DNA of 64,000 nt from Candidatus Multivoradales bacterium (lineage in GTDB: Bacteria; Acidobacteriota; Thermoanaerobaculia; Multivoradales; JAHEKO01). A program made the translations under genes and the position numbers. This document shows positions 50,420-60,055 of the stretch, in pieces; the stretch's first letter is position 1, and every line of letters starts with the position of its first letter. The DNA is taken from positions 64,001 to 128,000 of the forward strand of contig CBDCXM010000009.1 of NCBI GenBank assembly GCA_965223855.1. The letters run 5' to 3'. The notes under the pieces are model-generated. The model saw only the letters and a program-made list of their open reading frames with translations, searched no databases and had not been told where the DNA came from.

Positions 50420-51172
50420 CTAGCTACCTTCTTTCGCGCGTGCCGACGCGAGGCGCGCTCGGGCGACGAGCGCCTCGAAGTCGGGCTCCTCGAGCATCCG
50501 GTCCGCCAGCTGGCGCAGGACCGGCTCGAGCCACTGTGAGTAGCGCGCGGCCGGGTCACCCTCGCCCGCCTCGATCTCGAGCGCGACCGAACGCTCGATC
50601 GGCCACTCGAGTCGCAGCCGATCGGACCAGACGACGCGCCCCTCGCGTGCCGACCAGAGAGTGGCTCCGAACTCGGTCACGAAGTAGCTCTGCCCGCTGT
50701 CGAGACCGGGAATCCGACCGACGCTGCGCTTGACGAAGCCGGGCAGGGTCGGCGCGTACTCCAACAGCTCTCCTCCCAGCACGAAGTCGACGTCGAGGAT
50801 TCGACCGGCCTTGATCGCAGAGGCCGGCGACAGAGAGCCCTGATCGCGCAACCGCTCCTCGAGAGCCAGCCGGTCGAGTTCGACACGATCGAACGCCTCG
50901 AGAAGACCGGTCTCCTCGAGCCTGCCCGCGAAGAGGTCGCGAGCCTGCGGCTCCCCTTCGGCAAGCCACCATTCGTCCGCGACCGGCACGTCGAACCGTA
51001 CGACGGCGACTCGAGCGCGAGAATCCCCCGCCTCCGAGACAACTTCGTCCTCGGCCCCCGGGGGTGGGTCGGACGGTAGCTCGGGTGGTGAGTCGGCCGC
51101 CGCGACGGTCGCCATCAGGAGCGCGCATGAAAAAGCCCGGCACCGTTTCCGGCGCCGGACTCGGGACTGCAA
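50420..51172 (-). CDS. CsgG/HfaB-like protein (divergent; true start uncertain, probably downstream of the terminator)
   Basis: RVAVVRF, DRVELDRLALEERL, SAIKAGRILDVDFVLGG. Confidence 0.6.
   Translation of the reverse strand: MQSRVRRRKRCRAFSCALLMATVAAADSPPELPSDPPPGAEDEVVSEAGDSRARVAVVRFDVPVADEWWLAEGEPQARDLFAGRLEETGLLEAFDRVELDRLALEERLRDQGSLSPASAIKAGRILDVDFVLGGELLEYAPTLPGFVKRSVGRIPGLDSGQSYFVTEFGATLWSAREGRVVWSDRLRLEWPIERSVALEIEAGEGDPAARYSQWLEPVLRQLADRMLEEPDFEALVARARLASARAKEGS
51130..51160 (-). terminator. Rho-independent terminator after the csgG-like gene
   Basis: Minus strand GTCCGGCGCCG-GAAA-CGGTGCCGGGC-TTTTT. Confidence 0.75.
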
Positions 51173-51188
51173 CTCCGGGCTGGCGACC

Positions 51189-51896
51189 TCAGTCGAGATC
51201 GACCACTCCCTTCGCGCTGTCGCGGCGCTTGCGCTCTTTGGCGTCGTACTCGGCCATGCAGCCGCCCTGCGTCACCATGGCGCATTCGAGGTAGTCGGCC
51301 ACCTCGATGACCATCGCACGGATCGCCTTGCCGGCCGGGGTGTTCTTCTCCTTGGAGAGGTTGCCGCTGAAGCCGCCCTTGTAGAGGCCGACGCTGACGC
51401 CACGATCCTTGGCGCGCGCTTCGACGGTGCGGGTGAACTCGACGACTCCGGTCGTCGTGTCGACGACGCGGATGTCAACCGACATGTAGGTTTCCTTCTT
51501 CTTGCCGCCGAGGCGAACGCCGCGGAAGCCGATGCCGCCGCCCTGCTTGCCGCTCTCTTCGTAGGCGGTGACCACGCCGGTGACGATGTACTGCGCGCCG
51601 ACCATCTTGCCGATCTTCGCGGCGCTCGACGCTTCGACCCGGCCCGAGGCCCCGAGGTCCTGTTCGTCGAGGATGGCGTCGAGCTTGTTGCGCTCGACCA
51701 TCTTGAACGAGCCCATCGCCGCCAGCTCGTTGGTGAGCATGCTCGACAGGTCGCGACCGACGCCGGAGTACCACCAGTACACACCGGTGACGTTGTTGGT
51801 GAAGTCGTTGACGGCCATGGTCGGCTGCGCCGAAGCGACCGCCGGTAGCGTCAGCGCGGCCAGCGCGCAGATTCCGATGAGTGTGCGAATCTTCAT
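51189..51896 (-). CDS. CsgG/HfaB-family protein
   Basis: Signal peptide; FKMVERNKLDAILDEQDL, AAKIGKMVGAQYIVTGVVT, VDIRVVDTTTG. Confidence 0.85.
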   Translation of the reverse strand: MKIRTLIGICALAALTLPAVASAQPTMAVNDFTNNVTGVYWWYSGVGRDLSSMLTNELAAMGSFKMVERNKLDAILDEQDLGASGRVEASSAAKIGKMVGAQYIVTGVVTAYEESGKQGGGIGFRGVRLGGKKKETYMSVDIRVVDTTTGVVEFTRTVEARAKDRGVSVGLYKGGFSGNLSKEKNTPAGKAIRAMVIEVADYLECAMVTQGGCMAEYDAKERKRRDSAKGVVDLD

Positions 51897-52049
51897 TCCC
51901 TCTCCTTGCTCCTGGTTTCGCTTCTGAGCAGCTTTCTGTGAGTGCGGCGGCGGCTTTCCGGGTGAAGGAACCACCGACGCCGGCTGCTAACGTACATCTT
52001 ACATGGCGTTCGCAGCCCCCCGACGTTACGTCCACGTCCTCAGGCGCCG

Positions 52050-52763
52050 GTGATCGTCCGGGTGGAGGCGGACCGGGTTCGGTGCGTGACGCAGACCGAT
52101 CACGCGCGACTCGCCGCCGCCATCCTGGAGTTGTGGCGACGCTCTCCGCTACCGGACCACCCCCGGCGCTCGGCGCTGCTGACAGCCGTCCGCGAGCACG
52201 ACAACGGTTGGCAGGAGGCCGACGCGGCGCCCAGGCTCGGGCCGCGCGGTGATCGACCGCTTCACTTCCTCGAGGCGTCGCCGGAAGAGAGGCGCGAGAT
52301 CTGGGGGCGTGGAGTCGCCCGACACCGCTCGAGCGCCCCGTACGTCGCCGCCCTGATCGCCCACCACGGCTGGTTCCTGCATCGCGACGACGAGGAGGGT
52401 CTCGCCGCCCGGGCCGGAGCCCTGCTCGAGATCCGCGACGACGCGCTCGAGGAGATCGACCTGCCCCTGGAGGAGCTGGAGCGTGACTACCATTGGCTGC
52501 ACCTCGCCGATCTCGTCTCGCTCGTCGCCACGGCGCAGTGGCCAGGGGTTCACGAACGTGGAGAGTTCAGAGTCGAGCGAGCCGGAGCGGAGGTGACGAT
52601 CGAGCCGTTTCCCCTCGCCGGCGCGACGACGTTCTCGTTCCCTGTCCGCTCGATTCCGCGCCGGACCTACCGGGACGACGTCGATCTGGCCGTCGAGCTC
52701 GCAACGGCCCGTTGGACCGAAGAGACGGTCCGGCTGACACCGAAGACCCCCACCTTCCCGTAG
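52050..52763 (+). CDS. DUF3891-family protein
   Basis: MIVR...TQTDHARLA...W...EHDNGW. Confidence 0.75.
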   Translation: MIVRVEADRVRCVTQTDHARLAAAILELWRRSPLPDHPRRSALLTAVREHDNGWQEADAAPRLGPRGDRPLHFLEASPEERREIWGRGVARHRSSAPYVAALIAHHGWFLHRDDEEGLAARAGALLEIRDDALEEIDLPLEELERDYHWLHLADLVSLVATAQWPGVHERGEFRVERAGAEVTIEPFPLAGATTFSFPVRSIPRRTYRDDVDLAVELATARWTEETVRLTPKTPTFP

Positions 52764-52818
52764 GGCTCCGGCCCACTGCGGCCAGAGGCTCCCGGAGGCT
52801 CGTGATACCCTCCACCGC

Positions 52819-53364
52819 ATGCAGGAATCTGTCGCTGCAGCCACTTCGGCCGGCGACCGCCTGCGGGTTCTGACCCCCTCCGCTATCGGAGTGATCGGCT
52901 TGGAGTTCGTGGACGGCGTCGTGTCGGGCGTCGAGATCGTGCCGATCGGCAAGAGACGCAAGGAGTTCCCGTCGTTGGGAGACCTCCCGCGGTCGGCCCG
53001 TACCGAAGCGCTGGAGGAGGCCGTCGGGCGGCTGTCGGAGTATCTCGCCGGTGCGCGTCGCAACCTCCAGATCCGCTACGACATCGATCTGACGGGAATC
53101 GACGACTTCGGCGCTCGCGTGCTGGCAGCGACCGCCGAAGTCCCCTACGGCCACACGAGCACCTACCAGCAGATCGCGTCGTCGATCGGCAAGCCGGGCG
53201 CCTACCGGCAGGTGCTCTCGGTGCTGGTGTCCAATCCGCTGCCGCTGGTCGTCCCCTGCCACCGGATCGTGCCCAATCGCGCCGGTATCGGCAGCTACGT
53301 CGCCGCGACCGCCAAGAAGGAATGGCTCCTCAAGATGGAGCGGCGCGGCCTCACCGAAGACTGA
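52819..53364 (+). CDS. ogt: Methylated-DNA-protein-cysteine methyltransferase
   Basis: VPYGHTSTY, NPLPLVVPCHRIV active site. Confidence 0.88.
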   Translation: MQESVAAATSAGDRLRVLTPSAIGVIGLEFVDGVVSGVEIVPIGKRRKEFPSLGDLPRSARTEALEEAVGRLSEYLAGARRNLQIRYDIDLTGIDDFGARVLAATAEVPYGHTSTYQQIASSIGKPGAYRQVLSVLVSNPLPLVVPCHRIVPNRAGIGSYVAATAKKEWLLKMERRGLTED

Positions 53365-53421
53365 GGCGACGGACCCGACAGAGCGGCTGCGGCGGCTCGA
53401 ATCCGCCAGGCAACAGGGGTA

Positions 53422-54498
53422 TCAGCGAGCTGCAGCGACGAGAGGCTCGAGGCGGAACTCCATCTCGACTCCCTCGCCGGCGTCCGCGACGACCTCGCGG
53501 CGCTCGGTCTCGAAGCCGTCGTTCTCGACCTCGATCACGTGCTCTCCCGGCGAGAGCATGAGACCGGCACGCAGCCCAGCAAGCTCCTCGCCCGTGCCCA
53601 GCAGCTCCCCATCGAGATAAACCCTCGCCGAAGCCGGCTCGACGGTCAGATGGAGCCGCGCCCTTTCGGTCGCCGGCCGTGAGCGTTCCATCCGCTCGAC
53701 GATCTCGCGGCCCTCATCGCGAGCCGCCTCGTCGTCCGCGGGATGGGAGAACCGGACTTCGGGCAGAACCGCCTCCCCTTCCCGCAGTCCGATCTCGACA
53801 TCGAGGACGAGGCTCGTCATCACCTTGACCGTCCGCGACTCGGTCGCGAACCCCGGCTTGTAGAACGACACCTCGTAAACCCCCTTCTCGAGCCACAGGT
53901 AGCCCGGGAAGCCGTCGTACTGACGCGCGAGACCGACGTACTGACCGTCGATGTAGACCTCGGCGTTCTTGGGTCGGATCTTGAGGTCGAGGGCCCCCAT
54001 GCCGTAGCCGGGGCGGTGGGAGACGACGATCGGTGCGGAGGGCCCGTACCAGCCCCAGCCCCAGTAGCCCCACGGATGCCAGTAGCCGTGCCGGAAACCG
54101 TAGCCGTACCCGTGGCCGTAGCCGATGCCGTAGCCATAGCTGCCGTGGCCGCGTCCCCGCCGCGGACGGACACGTTCACGACCGGACCGCGTGCGAGCCG
54201 CGCCGTTGTTGCCCCTGGCACGGCTGGACCCGGCTCGAACCGAGTCGCTGCCGCGCGAGCTACCCGACCTCGGCACCGCCCTGCGACTGCTCGAAGACGA
54301 CGAAGAGCCGGACGAGCGCGCCGACGACCCCGAGGAGGAACTCTTCGAACTCACCGAGCTGGAGCGGCTGCGCGAGGAGCTAGCTTTGTCGTCGGCAGCG
54401 GCAACGGCCGCCTCCACGGTGAACCAGGCGAAGAGCGCCGCAGCACAGATGCCGGGCCGCAGCAGCGAAGGACGGTGGCGAAGTCTCTGGATCATCAT
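53422..54498 (-). CDS. Secreted PEGA-domain protein with Ser/Arg- and Gly/Tyr/His-rich low-complexity region
   Basis: GAGAGGAG RBS; signal peptide; PKNAEVYIDG and PASARVYLDG PEGA repeats. Confidence 0.8.
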   Translation of the reverse strand: MMIQRLRHRPSLLRPGICAAALFAWFTVEAAVAAADDKASSSRSRSSSVSSKSSSSGSSARSSGSSSSSSSRRAVPRSGSSRGSDSVRAGSSRARGNNGAARTRSGRERVRPRRGRGHGSYGYGIGYGHGYGYGFRHGYWHPWGYWGWGWYGPSAPIVVSHRPGYGMGALDLKIRPKNAEVYIDGQYVGLARQYDGFPGYLWLEKGVYEVSFYKPGFATESRTVKVMTSLVLDVEIGLREGEAVLPEVRFSHPADDEAARDEGREIVERMERSRPATERARLHLTVEPASARVYLDGELLGTGEELAGLRAGLMLSPGEHVIEVENDGFETERREVVADAGEGVEMEFRLEPLVAAAR

Positions 54499-54544
54499 GC
54501 GCTCCTCTCGGGAGGAAAGTGTCTCACGTCTCTCCATTCGAAGA

Positions 54545-54560
54545 AGCAAGACCCGCGCCA
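54545..54560 (-). promoter_or_regulatory. Sigma-54 (-24/-12) promoter candidate
   Basis: Minus strand TGGCGC-GGGTC-TTGCT, about 47 bp upstream of the PEGA start. Confidence 0.65.
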
Positions 54561-54760
54561 GTCAACGGCCGCTCCGAAAGCCCGAAACCCTTGAAGGCAA
54601 GGGGCTTGGTGAGCCCTTCGGTGTCCCTCGCGGTAGACCGCGCGTCCTCTCGCGAGGTCGCGACTCCGGCGTTGCGAGCCGCACGGCCCGGCGCCTCAGT
54701 CCAGCGCCACAGTCCAGCTCGCCGACCCAGCTCACCAGTCCAAGCGGTCAGTGCAGGCCG

Positions 54761-55705
54761 TCAGTCCAGGCGCTCGAACGGCAGCCCGGATCTGGGGTCG
54801 GACTGCTCGAGCTGCTGGAGCAGGTCGCGGTTGCGCCCCTCTCGCGGATCGGGGGGCACGATCTCCACCACCGCCAGATGGTCGCCTCGTCCGCCGTCGG
54901 GTCGGGCGACCCCTCTTCCGCCGATGCGCAACCGCTGACCGTGGCGGGTTCCCGGAGGAAGCGCAACGTCGACCGGTCCGTCGATCGTCGGCGCGCGCAC
55001 ACTCGCTCCGAGCGCCGCCTCGCCGATCGTCACCGGCAGCGGCGCTACGATGTCGTCTCCGCGGCGAACGTAGTACTCGTGGGGCCGCACTCGGATCGTC
55101 ACCAGCAGATCTCCCCGGCCGCCGTCGACCAGACCTCCCTGACCGCGAACGCGTACCCGGCCGCCGTCGGTGACGCCCGGTGGGATACGAACTCTCACCC
55201 GCTCGAGCTTGACTTCGTAGCCCCTCCCACCACAGACGGGGCAACCCGGAACACCTTCCCCGCACGCCTCGCAGCTGATCTCACGCTGGGCCGAGAGAGA
55301 CACGACAACGCCTCGAATCGCCTCGGCGAAGTCGAGCTCGACCTCCGAGCTGAGGTCGGCCGTGGCGACTCCTTGCCGCTCTCCCGGCGTCTCGTCCTCG
55401 GCAGGGAGCAGCTCGACCGCGAGCTCCTCGAACCGGTACACGAGGTCGGCGCCGGAGAACTGCGCGCGGCGGCGGCGGATACCCACCTCCGGACCCGGTC
55501 GGCGGCCGGTCCCGCTACTGCCGCCACGGGCCTCATCACGCAACAGCGCGTAGGCCCGGCCCGCCTCCCTGAAGTTGCGCTCCGCTCGTGCACTTCCGGG
55601 ATGGAGGGCGGGATGCCATCGTCGGGCGAGCTTCTGGTACGCCCGCCGGATCGTGAGCGGGTCGGCGTCCCGCGCCACGCCCAACACCTCCCAGGGGTCG
55701 AACAT
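54761..55705 (-). CDS. DnaJ-class chaperone with truncated zinc finger (J-domain has HPA instead of HPD)
   Basis: DPWEVLGV...IRRAYQKLARRWHPA; CEAC/CPVCGGRG; DnaJ C-terminal VRIPPGV, EAALGASV. Confidence 0.85.
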   Translation of the reverse strand: MFDPWEVLGVARDADPLTIRRAYQKLARRWHPALHPGSARAERNFREAGRAYALLRDEARGGSSGTGRRPGPEVGIRRRRAQFSGADLVYRFEELAVELLPAEDETPGERQGVATADLSSEVELDFAEAIRGVVVSLSAQREISCEACGEGVPGCPVCGGRGYEVKLERVRVRIPPGVTDGGRVRVRGQGGLVDGGRGDLLVTIRVRPHEYYVRRGDDIVAPLPVTIGEAALGASVRAPTIDGPVDVALPPGTRHGQRLRIGGRGVARPDGGRGDHLAVVEIVPPDPREGRNRDLLQQLEQSDPRSGLPFERLD

Positions 55706-55752
55706 GAGGACTCAGTTTAGCCTGAACCTCTCGTGGAGCCCGTTCGCTGCGC

Positions 55753-56760
55753 TCAATCGAGCAGCGAGATCTCGAGCGCCGAGGCCCGCGGCGGGGCCTC
55801 GAGGACGGTCGCACCGCCGGCGGACAGGGCCTCCTCCACCGCACCCCGGGCGGCAGGCGGAGTCAGCACGGCGATACACCCTCCACCTCCTGCTCCGGTC
55901 GCCTTACCGCCCCAGGCTCCGGCCTGCGCCGACCTCGCCAGCAGTGACGCGATCTCCGGGGTATCGACCCCTTCCGCCAGCCGGCGGCGGAACGACCACT
56001 CCGACGCCATTGCGGCTCCGAGCCGAGGCAGATCGCCCGCCTCGAGGGCAGCAGCGGCCTCCCGAGCGGCCTCACAGATCCCGTCGAAGAGGCGGATGCT
56101 CTCCGCGTCGCCGTCGAGCCGCCTTCGCACGACTCCCCAGTTGCTTGCCGCCGAGAAGTGACTGCGACCGGTGTAGGCCACGACCAGGCTCCGGCCGAGC
56201 GTCTCGAGGTCGCAGTCGAGAGAGCGCACCTCCTCGCCCCCCGCGCGATACAAGATCTCGAGCGCGCCGCCGAGCAGCGGCGGATAGTGGTCCTGCCGCC
56301 CCGTTGGGAGCGACATCAGTCGCGCCTCGAGATCCCGCGCCACCGAGGCGATCGACTCGACGGGCAAGCTCGCGCGGCCGTCGAGCGTGTCGAGCGCGGC
56401 GATCAGCGCCACGGCGATCGCCGAGCTGCCGCCGAGTCCGCCGCCTCGAGGTGAGGCGCTCGAGAGCTTCACCTCGGTCGCCGGAGCGTGGCGCTCTTCG
56501 AGTATCCAGCCGACGAGATCGGTCCTGGGATCTTCGATCAGGGCGCCCGTCGAAGCGGCTTCGACGACGGTGCCGTCGTCCAGCTCCACACGATAGCCGG
56601 AATCGATTCGCCGAAGCCCGATCTCGACCGGAACCTCTACGGCGACGTTGACCGTCCGAGCGCCGGCGTGCAGCAGGCCGAGCGGCCAGATGTCGAGAGT
56701 TCCACCCGCCAGATCGACACGGCACCCCGTCCGTGCCCGAACCCGGCGCTCAGCTCCCAC
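55753..56760 (-). CDS. GHMP-family sugar kinase (HddA-like)
   Basis: RVDLAGGTLD, PRGGGLGGSS, GRQD, GGKATGAGGGG. Confidence 0.85.
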   Translation of the reverse strand: MGAERRVRARTGCRVDLAGGTLDIWPLGLLHAGARTVNVAVEVPVEIGLRRIDSGYRVELDDGTVVEAASTGALIEDPRTDLVGWILEERHAPATEVKLSSASPRGGGLGGSSAIAVALIAALDTLDGRASLPVESIASVARDLEARLMSLPTGRQDHYPPLLGGALEILYRAGGEEVRSLDCDLETLGRSLVVAYTGRSHFSAASNWGVVRRRLDGDAESIRLFDGICEAAREAAAALEAGDLPRLGAAMASEWSFRRRLAEGVDTPEIASLLARSAQAGAWGGKATGAGGGGCIAVLTPPAARGAVEEALSAGGATVLEAPPRASALEISLLD

Positions 56761-58123
56761 GCGAGGAGATGTCGGCGACCGCTGCGACCGCGAACTCGGC
56801 GCGATCGTCGATCGGCAGCTCGTAGGTCTCTACCCCGGACAACGCGCGGCGCAGGCGGTCGCGCTCGACGAGGTACGAGGGGCGCTCGCTTTCCGGCACC
56901 GGCTCCGCGGGCACGCTCTTGAGCGAAAGCGGGTCGATCCAGCGCCCGTCCTTCTGGATCCGGTAGTCGAGGTGAGGACCGGTCGCCAGGCCGCTCGATC
57001 CAACGAAGCCGATGACGTCCCCCTGGCTCACCCGAGCACCGGTGCGAACTCCGTTCGCATAGCGGGACAGGTGAAGGTAGGCCGTCACGTAGCCGTTCGG
57101 ATGACGCACCTTGACCGTCCGCCCGCCGCCGCCGCTCCAGCCTGCCGAAGTCACCACACCGTTGGCCGTCACCCGCACCGGCGTTCCCGTCGGCGCGCCG
57201 TAGTCCACGCCGTAGTGAGGGCGGTACTTCTTGAGCACCGGATGGAAGCGACGCTGGCTGAAGCGCGAGGTGACGCGCGAGTACCGCATCGGCGAGCGCA
57301 GGAACATCTTCCGCAGCGGCCTGCCGTCTCCGTCGTAGTAGCCGTGACGATCGCCGGCGCCGAATCGATACGCCTCGAGGACACTGCCGCGCGTTTCGTA
57401 GCGCATCGCCCGGACGTCTCCGAGGGAGTGGTAGGCACCGTCGAGGTACACCACTTCGTAGAGAACCTCGAACCGGTCACCGATTCTCAGATCGCGGGTG
57501 AAGTCGAGGTCCCACTGCAACACGTCCGCCATCCGGTACGCGACGCCCGGCTCGGCGCCCGCCGAGCGCAGCGAGCCTTCGAGCGTACCCTCGAGTTCAC
57601 CGACCACCCGCCGCACTTCGCGACGCTGCACGAAGGGCCGCCACTCGCTCTCCCAGCCACCCGGCCGGCGGGCCACGGCGGCGCGGCCCTTGCCCTCGAG
57701 AGTCAACTCGAAGAGCTGAAGTCCGTTCGCAGGATCCTGCACGGCCGCGTAGCGATCCTGCGGCCGCAGCCGGCGCAGATCGGCGTGCTTCGCCAGCTCC
57801 GCCACCAGGGCGGTGGCATCCCCGGGCTCGAGTTCGAGCGTGCTCAACACTTCGCCGAGGGTCTCGCCCGGCCGGAACGGCACCTCCAGCGGGATCGCTT
57901 TCCCGGCGCCCACGGGAGCCGCGGTCGGATCGAGTGCCGATCCCAGCGGAGTGTAGGCCCTGGTCGGTGCCAGCGGATACGGCGAGCTGTTGTCGTTCTC
58001 CACGATCGCCGTCCAGGTCGCGATGGCGACCGCGGGCACCGCCACGAGCGTCGTCGCCAGGAGCCGTACAGCTCCCTTGCGACGCACGACTTTCCTTCGA
58101 CCGGCCTTCGCGATCCGTTTCAA
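56750..58123 (-). CDS. M23 peptidoglycan DD-metalloendopeptidase
   Basis: RFHPVLKKYRPHYGVDYGAP, YLHLS, GLATGPHLDY; TTG start at 58123 with GAGGAG RBS inferred. Confidence 0.9.
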   Translation of the reverse strand: MKRIAKAGRRKVVRRKGAVRLLATTLVAVPAVAIATWTAIVENDNSSPYPLAPTRAYTPLGSALDPTAAPVGAGKAIPLEVPFRPGETLGEVLSTLELEPGDATALVAELAKHADLRRLRPQDRYAAVQDPANGLQLFELTLEGKGRAAVARRPGGWESEWRPFVQRREVRRVVGELEGTLEGSLRSAGAEPGVAYRMADVLQWDLDFTRDLRIGDRFEVLYEVVYLDGAYHSLGDVRAMRYETRGSVLEAYRFGAGDRHGYYDGDGRPLRKMFLRSPMRYSRVTSRFSQRRFHPVLKKYRPHYGVDYGAPTGTPVRVTANGVVTSAGWSGGGGRTVKVRHPNGYVTAYLHLSRYANGVRTGARVSQGDVIGFVGSSGLATGPHLDYRIQKDGRWIDPLSLKSVPAEPVPESERPSYLVERDRLRRALSGVETYELPIDDRAEFAVAAVADISSRGS

Positions 58124-58268
58124 CTGCTCCCCCTCCTCGGCCCTTCCGGTTTTCGAACGCCCGGAAGCGTAGCACAGGGCGCCTCGGGGCGACCTCCGCA
58201 AACATCGACGAACAAAGGGATTTCAGGCCGCCATGCCGGCAGCCTCGGAGCTCGGAACAACCTCAGGG

Positions 58269-58817
58269 TCAACCGAGAACCTGATTGACGAAGGTGTCGG
58301 CGTCCTGGGGCAGCTTCTCGCTGAAGGCGATGTTGCCGTTCTTCAGGATCAGCAGCCAGGGAGCGCTGTTCACTCTGTACTTCTTCGAGAGGTCTCCGCG
58401 ACCGTCGAGATAGACCTTCGTCTTCAGGCTCTTCCCCTGAAGGAAGGACCGTACCGTCGCCTCGTCCTCCTGGAAGTTGACCGTGATGACGTTGGCCCGA
58501 CTGCCCCAGCGATCGGCGAGCGCGTTGACCCGCTCCACCACGTCGCGTCCACGCGGAGCCCAGGAGGCCCAGAAGACGACGATGTGGCTCCCCCGCTGGA
58601 GGTCGCCCTCGCTGAGCCTCCCGCCGTCGAGACCGGGCAGTTCGAGTGTGTCGGCCGCCGTTGCCGGTGCCACGGGAAGCAGAAGCACTGCCATGGCGAC
58701 GACCGAAGCAAGCCGGTGGAACCGAGCGTTTCGATGGGCGGCACCCGCTTCCACAGTCGCTTTCACGGTTTGGACCCGTTTCACGGTGGGGACCCTCCTG
58801 ACCTGACTAAGCCGCAC
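58269..58817 (-). CDS. TlpA-like thioredoxin-fold protein lacking the CxxC cysteines (start uncertain)
   Basis: VVFWASWAPRG in place of FWASWCxxC; signal peptide; YRVNSAPW cis-Pro loop. Confidence 0.72.
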   Translation of the reverse strand: MRLSQVRRVPTVKRVQTVKATVEAGAAHRNARFHRLASVVAMAVLLLPVAPATAADTLELPGLDGGRLSEGDLQRGSHIVVFWASWAPRGRDVVERVNALADRWGSRANVITVNFQEDEATVRSFLQGKSLKTKVYLDGRGDLSKKYRVNSAPWLLILKNGNIAFSEKLPQDADTFVNQVLG

Positions 58818-59031
58818 GATGCGGCAGACCCTGAAGAATCCGGCTCCACAGAGAAGGCGGCGCCGTGAGAGATCGACAGCGATCCCTCAGGAGGTCGCGA
58901 ATGTGTCGCGTGCTCTCCAGGCGTGCCTCGCAGCACGGACAGCCGCTCAAGTGTTCCTCGAACGCGTCCCAGGACAGCTCCAGGGTGCTCGAGCCGTTCA
59001 TCAGCGTGTCCTGTGCTTCGGTGCAAGTCAT
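58807..59031 (-). CDS. Zinc-binding anti-sigma factor (zf-HC2, RsrA/RshA-like)
   Basis: MTC...EEHLSGCPCC...APPSLWSRI. Confidence 0.78.
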   Translation of the reverse strand: MTCTEAQDTLMNGSSTLELSWDAFEEHLSGCPCCEARLESTRHIRDLLRDRCRSLTAPPSLWSRILQGLPHRAA

Positions 59032-59130
59032 TTCCGGATTCCCGTCTTTCGAGCGTCGCGCCTGTGGCGGCAGCCACCTCGGTGTTCCACCGCGCAAGGT
59101 CGGCGCAACTGTGCTCAGGCCGTTCATTGT

Positions 59131-59157
59131 AACGGCTGAACCTCCCGATCGAATTCC
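59131..59157 (-). promoter_or_regulatory. ECF promoter candidate upstream of the anti-sigma gene
   Basis: Minus strand GGAAT-N18-CGTT, close to the SigR/SigH consensus GGAAT-N18-GTT. Confidence 0.45.
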
Positions 59158-59207
59158 CGGCGCGGAGATTCTCCCGGCGCGGGAGCAAGGGGTGAGAGGA
59201 AGCGGTG

Positions 59208-59822
59208 TCAGAGGCTCTTCGGCCGACTCCGCATCTTGGCGGGAGCACCATGGCGCAGGTAGCCCCGTTCGCGCCCGTATCGCAGGAGAGCCTCCTCGAG
59301 AAGCTTGCGTCCCCGGTAGAGACGACTCATAACCGTTCCGACCGGCACGTCGAGCGCCGCGGCGACCTCCTTGTACGACAGATCCTCCAGATCGGCGAGC
59401 ACAACGGCCATCCGGTAGTCCGGCGGCAGCTCGCGGATCGCCCGCTGCACATCGTGGTCGAGCACCCCCTCGAAGGCGTCGTCCTCCGGATTCCTGGAGC
59501 GGCGCCTGACCTCGTCTGCGAGCTGCGTCTCGAAGGCGTCCTCGATGTCCGCGAAATCGCTCTGCAGCGGCATCGACTGCTTCTTCCGATAGGCGTTGAT
59601 AAAGGTGTTCTTCAGAATCTTGAACAGCCACGCCTTGAAGTTGGTGCCTTCCTGGAACTTGTCGTAGTACTTGTAGGCCTTGAGGTAGGTCTCCTGGACG
59701 AGATCCTCGGCATCCTGAGCGTTGCGCGCCATCCGATAGGCGGTGTTGTAGAGACTGTCGAGAAACGGCATCGCCGTAGCTTCGAAGTCCCACCCCTTGT
59801 CGTGAACGGTCTGCGTTGCCAT
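59208..59822 (-). CDS. ECF RNA polymerase sigma factor (SigR/SigH-like)
   Basis: [50 protein letters not shown]. Confidence 0.92.
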   Translation of the reverse strand: MATQTVHDKGWDFEATAMPFLDSLYNTAYRMARNAQDAEDLVQETYLKAYKYYDKFQEGTNFKAWLFKILKNTFINAYRKKQSMPLQSDFADIEDAFETQLADEVRRRSRNPEDDAFEGVLDHDVQRAIRELPPDYRMAVVLADLEDLSYKEVAAALDVPVGTVMSRLYRGRKLLEEALLRYGRERGYLRHGAPAKMRSRPKSL

Positions 59823-59863
59823 CGCTGCCTCCCTCACCAAGCCTGATCCCCTCTTTACGCATG

Positions 59864-59889
59864 GACCGTGCCAGCCCGTCGACGGTTCC
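59864..59889 (-). promoter_or_regulatory. ECF promoter candidate upstream of the sigma gene (autoregulation)
   Basis: Minus strand GGAACC-N17-GTC, about 40 bp before ATG 59822. Confidence 0.4.
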
Positions 59890-60055
59890 CTGATAGAGGC
59901 TTCCTGGCAACTCAGCCACCGGCCGTCCAGAGTCAGGGACGGCGCCGTCCGGCCAGGAGGGCAAGCACCTTCAATCCCGGTCACTCGCGGTTCCTGTAGC
60001 CTCGGAGCCTCGCGTGCGGCCCGAAAGCCCGCCACTCGATTCGAGGAGGCCCCTC

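Noticed and set aside
50420..51896. Curli secretion system
   Set aside because: CsgG-family genes only; no curlin repeats, csgE or csgF nearby
58540..58580. Selenocysteine in the TlpA active site
   Set aside because: Codons are GCT and GGA at the Cys positions; no in-frame TGA
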